32,000 nt of DNA from Acaryochloris thomasi RCC1774 (GTDB taxonomy: Bacteria; Cyanobacteriota; Cyanobacteriia; Thermosynechococcales; Thermosynechococcaceae), in the NCBI RefSeq assembly GCF_003231495.1, contig NZ_PQWO01000013.1:1-32000 (forward strand), read 5' to 3'. Position 1 is the stretch's first letter; every line of letters starts with the position of its first letter. Below the pieces are notes generated by a model. The model saw nothing but the letters and a program-made list of their open reading frames with translations, was not told the DNA's origin and did no database searches. Of the stretch, positions 23,630-30,619 are shown in pieces. Both the position numbers and the translations under genes were made by a program.

Positions 23630-25375
23630 TTAAGGACCGGAGTTGCTAGTTGCGATCGCATCTCCCCCACCAGCCAAAACCCTTTCTCGACAGAGATATC
23701 GCTGGATTTTACCGCTAGAGGTGCGCGGCAATCCACCGGGCTTCAATAGATAGAAGGCTGAAATGAGAAGTTCGTGGGTGGACCAAACTGCCTTGCGGAA
23801 GGTAGTAAACAGAACCTCGCTTTCCTCTGGCTGACGGCACCGCGACACCATCCGACGATCGACTTCGATCAGGGCAGTCAACTGCTCAGTTCCCTCAACT
23901 GGAACCGTAAACACAGCCGCACCGCTGATCTGAAGCTCAGGCATACAGCGATCAAGGGTTGCCTCGATATCTTGGGGGTAATAGTTTTTCCCGTTGAGGA
24001 CAATGACATCCTTCAGACGTCCGGCAAAAAAGACATCTCCGTTAGCCAAAAAACCCAAATCTCCCGTGCGGAGAAAGGGACCAGAATCATTGAGGTAAGC
24101 TGCGAAAGTCTCTGCTGTCTGCTCCGGCTGTTGCCAATACCCTTGAGCAATGCTGGGTCCCGACACCCAAATCTCTCCGATCTCTGAGGCACGGCAGCAC
24201 TGTTGAGTCTCGGGGTCTACAATCTTAAGCGTCTGATCAAAGAGCGATCGTCCACAGCTCACTAAGGTCTGACGGCGCGCATCCTGCGGCTGGGCCTCAA
24301 CTACTTTGCTCTCGGTTAGTGCCTCAGCCTGAATTGTTTTCAAGACGGGCGGCTGTGACTTGAGCCCACCAGAGATAAACAGGGTCGCCTCCGCCATGCC
24401 GTAGCAGGGGTAGAAGGCTTCTTTCCGAAATCCACAGGGGGCAAAGGTTTTGGCAAAAGCATCCAGGGTGTCAGGGTTAATAGATTCAGCGCCGTTGAAA
24501 GCCAAGGTCCAATGGCTCAGATCCAGCGTGGCTCGCTGCTCTTCGGTAATTTTTTTAATACATAGATCATAGGCAAAATTAGGGCCACCGCTGATGGTGG
24601 CCTGTTCTCGGCTGATGGCGGCTAACCAGCGTACTGGCTTTTGAATGAACATTAAAGGCGGCATTAAGACGGCGGGTCGGCCACTATAGAGCGGCTGCAG
24701 AACGCCTCCAATCAAACCCATATCGTGATACAGCGGCAGCCAAAACACACCTTTGCTTTGTTCATTTACTTCAAAGCAGCGATGCAGCGACTTCAGGTTG
24801 TGGAGCAAATTTCCGTGACTGATTTTGACGCCCTTCGGGGTGGCCGTAGAACCAGAGGTATATTGCAGAAAGGCAAGACTATCCGATGTCAAATCAAGCG
24901 CTTTCTGGAGAGACAGCGGCGGCAGGGCATCCGTGGTTCGCCAAGTGAGCCGTTCCAGGATCGGGGCTTCTGCAATCCGGCGGTTGAGGTTTTCTAAGAT
25001 TGATTCGAGGGTGAGAACAACGGTGGCGCCACTATTAGCCGCAATGGTTTCCAGACGCTCTAAAGAGCGATTCGGCCGGGGCGGATAGGCCGGAACCGCG
25101 ATCATGCCTGCATAGAGACAGCCAAAAAAAGCCGCAATGTAGTCGAGTCCGGGGGGGTAAAGGAGCAGGATTCTAGCGCCAGGTTCCGTTAGGGGCTGGA
25201 GATGGGTTGCGATCGCATCTGCCCATCGATCTAAATCCGCATAGCTCCACTGGATTTTCTCGTCCTCGCCATCCACTAAAAACGTATAGGCCACCTGCTC
25301 TGGCTGACGGCTGGCCCTGTGACGAAGCAATTCCACAAGAGTCTCAACCTGAGGTGGGGATTCGAAGGGCTGCAT
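23630..25375 (-). CDS. Fatty acyl-AMP ligase (FAAL)-type adenylate-forming enzyme
   Basis: The N-terminus is TLVELLRHRASRQPEQVAYTFL. The A3 motif is LQYTSGSTATPKGV. The C-terminus is LRTGDLGF and LPRTSSGKIQR. The overall pattern matches FadD32/FAAL-like enzymes. ATG at 25375 is preferred; the track start at 25411 is TTG. Confidence 0.8.
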   Translation of the reverse strand: MQPFESPPQVETLVELLRHRASRQPEQVAYTFLVDGEDEKIQWSYADLDRWADAIATHLQPLTEPGARILLLYPPGLDYIAAFFGCLYAGMIAVPAYPPRPNRSLERLETIAANSGATVVLTLESILENLNRRIAEAPILERLTWRTTDALPPLSLQKALDLTSDSLAFLQYTSGSTATPKGVKISHGNLLHNLKSLHRCFEVNEQSKGVFWLPLYHDMGLIGGVLQPLYSGRPAVLMPPLMFIQKPVRWLAAISREQATISGGPNFAYDLCIKKITEEQRATLDLSHWTLAFNGAESINPDTLDAFAKTFAPCGFRKEAFYPCYGMAEATLFISGGLKSQPPVLKTIQAEALTESKVVEAQPQDARRQTLVSCGRSLFDQTLKIVDPETQQCCRASEIGEIWVSGPSIAQGYWQQPEQTAETFAAYLNDSGPFLRTGDLGFLANGDVFFAGRLKDVIVLNGKNYYPQDIEATLDRCMPELQISGAAVFTVPVEGTEQLTALIEVDRRMVSRCRQPEESEVLFTTFRKAVWSTHELLISAFYLLKPGGLPRTSSGKIQRYLCRERVLAGGGDAIATSNSGP

Positions 25376-25614
25376 AGAACGACTGGAGAGTGGATGACAC
25401 TCTATTATCAAGCACAGGCGTCAGTAGCATGACGATAGCCCCTCCGCGAGAGACCGCTAAAATATCGGTGTATCGGTGACGAGCAAGAACGAGGGTGTGG
25501 TAATCACAACCGGGCTAGGGTTGAGTGAATCGACGCAAACCCTTAGATTTAACTAATCTTGAGCCATATCATGACAGTTGCAGGTCGGCGGTTAACCAGA
25601 CAAAGGGAATTTTG

Positions 25615-28107
25615 ATGACGCACCACAATCGACAGATTCAAGTCAGAATCTTGCAGAGCATTATTCTTCCGGTTGTGCTGTCTAGCGGCATTGTTCAAGC
25701 TCAAACATCGGCTCCGGCCCCAACCACTCAAGAACAGGACGCGATCAAGAGTCTCAATCGCAGCACGACGTTTTTTAACATCATGCTGGTGGTGCTGGCC
25801 TTGATTGCAGCCGTTGCGATCGCAGGTCTATGGCTTCTCCGCCGCGCCGTCATTCGAGAGGTCACCGAAGTTGTACAGGCTCACCTAAGAGAACTCAAGG
25901 ACTTGAAGGGACAGCTTGCCCTCGCCAGCGAATCCGTCGAAAACGTCTTGCGAGAGTCAGAGGAACTCAGCAATGATTTAGGTCATGATGCCCAAGGCTT
26001 TCAGCAAGATCTGAGAACGAAAAAAGATCAGGTCTCTAAGCAGCTCACGACCTTCAACAAATCACAGCAGCAGCGGCTCACAGAGCTGGAGCAAACCCTC
26101 GAAGACGCGCGAGAAAATATTTCTCACATCGAAGAAGAAACCGAAAGTACCGCTCGTCAAATTGAAGCCAACCTCAAACAGCAGCAAGATAATTTACTCA
26201 AGAGCCTACAGCAGCAAGCCAGCGAATTCGGTCCCCGTCTCTCTGGCCTAGAGGACGACGCCCAGGGCCGCATTGATACGATTGTGCAGGCACTACAGCA
26301 GTCAGAATCAATCTTCACCAGCCAGCTTGGCGATCTGCAGGCTTCAGCCCAACGCCGCCGGGATGCTGTGCTGCAAGATTTAGAGAAAATGTCGACCAAC
26401 TTCGGGCCACAGCTCTCCGCCCTTCAAAATGAGGTCCAGGTTGAGCGTGATGCGGTAATCGGTTACCTCGCAAACACGAAGGCCGACTATATTGGCCAGC
26501 TTGCCGATCTCCAGCAGGAAGCCCGCAAGCAGTGGGATCTGATTTGGCAAAACCTGAAGCAGATGGAGGCAGACTTCTCTCCTCAGCTCTCTGACTTAGA
26601 ACAGCGAGCGCTGCAGAAAGCGATGCAGGAAAAAGATCAGGTACTGCAGCGGTTAGAACAGTTGGGCGGCCAGATCACCACCGAGCTATCCACGGCCCAG
26701 TCTCAGGTTTCTGGACAGGCCGACCAGACCCTGCAGGAGCTACAGCGCCTTGAGTCAGAGTTTTTAGCGAACGTCACCGAGTCCCGCGCCCGTGTCGAAA
26801 CAGAAAAGAACACAACACTAGAGAGCGTAAGAACGCTACAGCAGGAAGCGGCGGCAGCACTCACCAATCTAGATGCCGATGTCCAAACCCGCAAAAACCA
26901 AACCCTGCTCGATCTCAAGAGCCTGACCGGTCAAGTCAGCAAAGAGCTGACGGATCTGCAGACCAGCCTGCAGGCCAGCCGAGATCAGTCACAGCAGGCC
27001 CTTCAACGGCTAGAATCGGGCACCACGACCCAGCTTTCGCAGCTTACGGCTGAGGCCAAGCTCCGTAAAGAGCAGATTCTGCAGCAGCTAGCGGAGATGA
27101 CGCCCGCTCAGATTGCCGGAGATGCTCTCAAGGAAGTCTCAGAGCAGATCCAGAAAATCAATGAACCCTTGGAGCGGCTGCAGGCCAACCATCCTGATTT
27201 GTTCTTAGATGCTTCTGACTATGTGAGTCAGGCCCAGTCTCAATTTGATAAGGGCCAGTACGAAGAAGCGATTCGGTATCTCGATCAGGCGCTAGAGCTA
27301 CAGGAGAGCAATACCGATCTTTGGTATCAGAAAGCCTTAGCCTTGGGAGAGCTGAAGGAATTTGAAGATGCGATCGCATCTCTCGATCAGGTTCTCGACC
27401 GCCAGCCAGAAAACGCTGAAATTTGGTACCAGCGCGGTCTATTTTTGCGCGAACTACGCCGGGAAGAAAGTGCCCTCGCCGCCTTCAATAAAGTCGTCAA
27501 AATGCAGCCAGAGAACGTTCGGGCCTGGATGAATCGGGGTCTGATGCTAGAGCGGCTGCAGCGCCTTGAAGAAGCCGTAGAATCCTACGACAAAGTGGTC
27601 GAATTAGAAGCCGACTCCCGCAGCGCTTGGATGAATCGGGGCTTTGCTCTCGGCATGCTCCAGCGCCACGAAGACGCCTTTGAATCCTTTGACCATGTCG
27701 TCAAGCTGAATGAAGAAGATGGGATCGCCTGGTTTAATCGTGGTTTAGCCCTAGAAACCCTGGAGCGCTACGAAGACGCCTTTGAGTCCTTTGATCAGGC
27801 CGTGAAGCTCAAAGATGACGGATACAAAGCCTGGAGCCACCGAGGACTCGCGCTGATTAAGTTAGAGCGAGACCGCGACGCCCTTGTTAGTCTCAACAAA
27901 TCCCTAGAGATTCAGCCCGACTACGCCGATGCCCATTACGGTAAAGCCATCTGCTATGTTTTGCAGGGCGAAGTTGACCGGGGCTTAGAGACCCTAGAAC
28001 GAGCCATCGAACTGAACCCCAGCCTTCGGGAGCAGGCCGCTGCCGACCCTGACTTCTATACTCTGCGTCGTGACGAATGGTTCCGGGAGCTAGTCGCCCA
28101 GAACTAA
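25615..28107 (+). CDS. Membrane-anchored repeat/coiled-coil protein with eight C-terminal TPR repeats
   Basis: ATG at 25615 gives a signal-like segment ILQSIILPVVLSSGIVQAQ, followed by a TM helix FFNIMLVVLALIAAVAIAGLWLL. About 400 aa of Q/E/L-rich helical repeats follow. The TPRs have conserved aromatics at track residues 600, 634, 668, 702, 736, 770 and 804, an exact 34-aa spacing. An alternative GTG start lies at 25525. Confidence 0.8.
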   Translation: MTHHNRQIQVRILQSIILPVVLSSGIVQAQTSAPAPTTQEQDAIKSLNRSTTFFNIMLVVLALIAAVAIAGLWLLRRAVIREVTEVVQAHLRELKDLKGQLALASESVENVLRESEELSNDLGHDAQGFQQDLRTKKDQVSKQLTTFNKSQQQRLTELEQTLEDARENISHIEEETESTARQIEANLKQQQDNLLKSLQQQASEFGPRLSGLEDDAQGRIDTIVQALQQSESIFTSQLGDLQASAQRRRDAVLQDLEKMSTNFGPQLSALQNEVQVERDAVIGYLANTKADYIGQLADLQQEARKQWDLIWQNLKQMEADFSPQLSDLEQRALQKAMQEKDQVLQRLEQLGGQITTELSTAQSQVSGQADQTLQELQRLESEFLANVTESRARVETEKNTTLESVRTLQQEAAAALTNLDADVQTRKNQTLLDLKSLTGQVSKELTDLQTSLQASRDQSQQALQRLESGTTTQLSQLTAEAKLRKEQILQQLAEMTPAQIAGDALKEVSEQIQKINEPLERLQANHPDLFLDASDYVSQAQSQFDKGQYEEAIRYLDQALELQESNTDLWYQKALALGELKEFEDAIASLDQVLDRQPENAEIWYQRGLFLRELRREESALAAFNKVVKMQPENVRAWMNRGLMLERLQRLEEAVESYDKVVELEADSRSAWMNRGFALGMLQRHEDAFESFDHVVKLNEEDGIAWFNRGLALETLERYEDAFESFDQAVKLKDDGYKAWSHRGLALIKLERDRDALVSLNKSLEIQPDYADAHYGKAICYVLQGEVDRGLETLERAIELNPSLREQAAADPDFYTLRRDEWFRELVAQN
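26227..27108 (+). repeat. Degenerate tandem 29-codon (87-nt) repeats inside the 25615-28107 CDS
   Basis: The motif is [F/Y]-x3-L-x2-L-x7-9-[RK]-D-x2-[LIV]. It begins at track residues 235, 264, 293, 322 and 351 (exactly 29 apart), then 384 (a 4-aa insertion), then 413, 442, 471 and 500 (29 apart again). Weaker copies lie upstream at about 148, 177 and 206. Confidence 0.7.
27366..27381. repeat. HIP1 (GCGATCGC) site embedded in a perfect 16-bp palindrome; representative of about 29 HIP1 copies
   Basis: The sequence here is agatgcgatcgcatct. Other GCGATCGC copies I located start at 255, 502, 1023, 2038, 3940, 4698, 5899, 9130, 10207, 10652, 12080, 12888, 13919, 14399, 15466, 15949, 16070, 18189, 18658, 21612, 22214, 23652, 25209, 25816, 29288, 30299, 30780 and 31926. 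Confidence 0.9.
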
Positions 28108-28190
28108 GCAAAAGAGAGCAGATTTCATCCGCATAGGGTCAGTGCATCGCCGGTCATAGCAAACGCTGTAGCAAATCATTGCGTTCACCG

Positions 28191-28218
28191 TTGACGTTTG
28201 CAACATCAAGCCTATGAT
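28191..28218 (+). promoter_or_regulatory. Candidate sigma70-type promoter for the CHASE-GGDEF gene
   Basis: TTGACG (28191-28196), a 16-nt spacer, then TATGAT (28213-28218). It lies about 60 nt upstream of the ORF start. Confidence 0.4.
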
Positions 28219-28279
28219 AATGGTGTTCAATGCCTCCTGCAGCGATAGGTAGCTGCTCTACATTACTGGGTCATCAGAA

Positions 28280-29869
28280 TTGCCGTTGAATATTAAGGGC
28301 CTTAGCAACCGTCGCCTCAATATTGCGCTACTGATCATGCTCGTCCTGCTAGGACCAGTCGTGGCAATTGCGACGTACAGCTTCACAGCAGCCGGTGAGC
28401 GGAACAGACTCTCGGCACAGTTCGAGAAAGACGTCGGGGAAAGCATTTTCGTCCTTGAGGCAGAGATCAAAGCCAACATTAAGGCACTCTTCGCACTACA
28501 GGCGCTCTATCACGCTTCAGACCGCGTCACTGCAGAGGAGTTTAGTGAATTTTCCAGCAGCATGCGCCAGCGCAATCCTGCCATCCACACCCTAGAGTGG
28601 ATTCCCCGCGTATCTGCTGGTGAGCGCTTTGGTCATGAAGCCCGAGGCCGACGGCGATCAGACTTAGAAACCTATGAGATTACTGAACGGAATGAAGACG
28701 GCGAACTCGTCCGGGCAAAAGAGCGCAAAACTTACTTCCCGGTCTACTTGATTGAGCCATCAGTAGGGAACGAATCAGCAATCGGGTTTGACCTCGCCTC
28801 TAATCCCAACCGCCGAACGGCCCTCATTGAAGCGATGGCTTCCGATAAGCTCACGGTTACAGATCCCATTACGGTGGATCCCAAAGAACCCTCTAAAGCA
28901 TTTCTTGCCTTTGTCCCGGTTTATACCCAGGAAGCAAAGACCTTTCCAGAGCGTTGGAATAATTTAGAAGGGTTTGTACTTGGCATTTTTCGCATTAATG
29001 AGCTGCTGCAGGAGTCTCTATTGGCCGACCGCCGCCACTCAGAGACCATGGCGTACCGGCTAGTCGATCCTGAGGCGGCCAGTGAACCTTTAGAGCTATA
29101 TCGTTCACAGCCAAAGATTTCCCCCCTCCGCAAGCCGGATCTTTCACGACGAGCCGTCATTTCCCTCGGGCCGCAGAAATGGGAACTTTATATCCATGCA
29201 ACTCCGGCCTACCTTTCAACCTACGGAAGGCGGCAGCCGCTGATTCTCAGCATCAGTATTTTTCTGATTTGGGAGCTGCTGGTGGGTGCGATCGCAATTC
29301 TACTCAAGCGCTCTATCGACCTTGAGAAGCTGGCTCGTCTGGACTCCCTCACGGGCCTCTCAAATCGCCGCTATTTCACAGAAACGATTCGCAAAGAATG
29401 GGAACGGGCCAAACGCCAGGAGCATCCTATCTCAGTGATTATGGTGGATGTTGACTATTTCAAGCACTACAACGACAGCTACGGTCACCGCGCCGGGGAT
29501 GAGTGTCTACAGAGAATTGCTGCAGCTTTGAAAACCGCAGCTTCTAGGGCCACAGATATGATCTGTCGCTACGGCGGTGAGGAGTTCGTCATTCTCTTGC
29601 CTAACGTTGGTGCCCAGGGGACAACAACGGTGGCCCACAAGCTGCAGAACCAGATTAAAGCCCTAGCGATTCCCCATAAGACATCAAATGTGTCGAAGCG
29701 GGTCACCGTTAGCATTGGCTGTGCCACTCAGACGAACATCAAGACATCAAGCTGGGAATATTTGGTCGCCCGCGCTGATGCAGCCATGTACCAAGCCAAG
29801 CAAAAGGGCCGCAACCAGATTGCCCAAGGCAAGGTTGAAACATCATCCAGTGCTGAATCACAGCGTTAA
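28280..29869 (+). CDS. CHASE-domain sensor diguanylate cyclase (CHASE-TM-GGDEF)
   Basis: There is an N-terminal TM helix. The periplasmic CHASE motifs are TLEWIPRV, YFPVYLIEP and IGFDLASNPNRRTALIEA. A second TM helix is LILSISIFLIWELLVGAIAILL. The GGDEF domain has the active site RYGGEEF and an RxxD I-site (RATD) five residues upstream. The start is uncertain: TTG at 28280 or ATG at 28337. Confidence 0.85.
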   Translation: MPLNIKGLSNRRLNIALLIMLVLLGPVVAIATYSFTAAGERNRLSAQFEKDVGESIFVLEAEIKANIKALFALQALYHASDRVTAEEFSEFSSSMRQRNPAIHTLEWIPRVSAGERFGHEARGRRRSDLETYEITERNEDGELVRAKERKTYFPVYLIEPSVGNESAIGFDLASNPNRRTALIEAMASDKLTVTDPITVDPKEPSKAFLAFVPVYTQEAKTFPERWNNLEGFVLGIFRINELLQESLLADRRHSETMAYRLVDPEAASEPLELYRSQPKISPLRKPDLSRRAVISLGPQKWELYIHATPAYLSTYGRRQPLILSISIFLIWELLVGAIAILLKRSIDLEKLARLDSLTGLSNRRYFTETIRKEWERAKRQEHPISVIMVDVDYFKHYNDSYGHRAGDECLQRIAAALKTAASRATDMICRYGGEEFVILLPNVGAQGTTTVAHKLQNQIKALAIPHKTSNVSKRVTVSIGCATQTNIKTSSWEYLVARADAAMYQAKQKGRNQIAQGKVETSSSAESQR

Positions 29870-30150
29870 CCCTTTTCTGGGCACATCAATTTCAAGCGGA
29901 CATGCGCAATCACAGGTGGTGCGCGGGCACTCTAGACATAGGTGCTTCTGGAGGTCGCAGCACTAGCTGCTCCCACCTTTGCGAAGTTGCGACCTTCTGG
30001 GCACCGTTCAGTAAACCCTCAAGGTTTCTCTTAAAGTCTCTCTTTGGCAATGATGCCTAAAGGCGGGGGACATTGTTACAGTCAGAAATCTTGGGGGATT
30101 ACTCCAATGCTGGCATCATAGAAGATGGTCTCAAGTTAGCTGGCGAGAGG

Positions 30151-30603
30151 ATGACCATCTTTTTCTATAAGGTCACTGATCCCTACGGGTGCTTCTCCAA
30201 TTTCTCGCTGCACAGCGTTCATCTGCAGGGGCACGATTGGCCCACATCAGAGCATTTCTATCAGGCGCAAAAGTATCGGGATGTTGATCAAGCACTTTGC
30301 GATCGCATCAGACAAACCCCCACGCCAGAAGAGGCAGCAGCCCTCGGTCGCGGATCCCAGGTACCACTGCGCCCAGACTGGGAAAAGATTAAGCCCAAGA
30401 TCATGTACGAAGTAGTCCGAGAGAAGTTTTCGACCCATGCCGATATCCGAGCCATTTTGTTAGCTACAGGTGAAGAATTGATCGTGGAAGATTCACCCAG
30501 AGATGCCTACTGGGGATGTGGTTTAGACGGTACGGGACAGAATCAACTGGGGAAAGTTTTGATGCAGGTCCGTCAAGAATTGCGAGCCAAGACGGCAACC
30601 TAA
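30151..30603 (+). CDS. NADAR-family protein (YbiA/DUF1768-like)
   Basis: FFYKVTDPYGCFSNFS, TSEHFYQAQKY and EDSPRDAYWGCGLDGTGQNQLGKVLMQVR are characteristic of NADAR. ATG at 30151 is preceded by gagagg. The track start at 30073 is TTG. Confidence 0.85.
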   Translation: MTIFFYKVTDPYGCFSNFSLHSVHLQGHDWPTSEHFYQAQKYRDVDQALCDRIRQTPTPEEAAALGRGSQVPLRPDWEKIKPKIMYEVVREKFSTHADIRAILLATGEELIVEDSPRDAYWGCGLDGTGQNQLGKVLMQVRQELRAKTAT

Positions 30604-30619
30604 CGGTCTGCCTTCTGTA

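Noticed and set aside
29902-30075. A 57-codon ORF (MRNHRWCAGTLDIGASGGRSTSCSHLCEVATFW...) in the DGC-NADAR intergenic region. It overlaps a 10-bp-stem hairpin (ggaggtcgca...tgcgaccttc, about 29949-29996) and a 10-nt direct repeat ttctgggcac (about 29874 and 29993).
   Set aside because: It has no ribosome-binding site, its composition is atypical, and no RiPP-processing or partner genes are nearby. The repeats and hairpin are short enough to be chance, or simple terminator or promoter structure.
30151-30603. NADAR as the antitoxin of a DarT-like ADP-ribosyltransferase toxin-antitoxin pair
   Set aside because: No toxin-sized ORF is adjacent or overlapping on the same strand. A stand-alone YbiA-type NADAR is the simpler reading.
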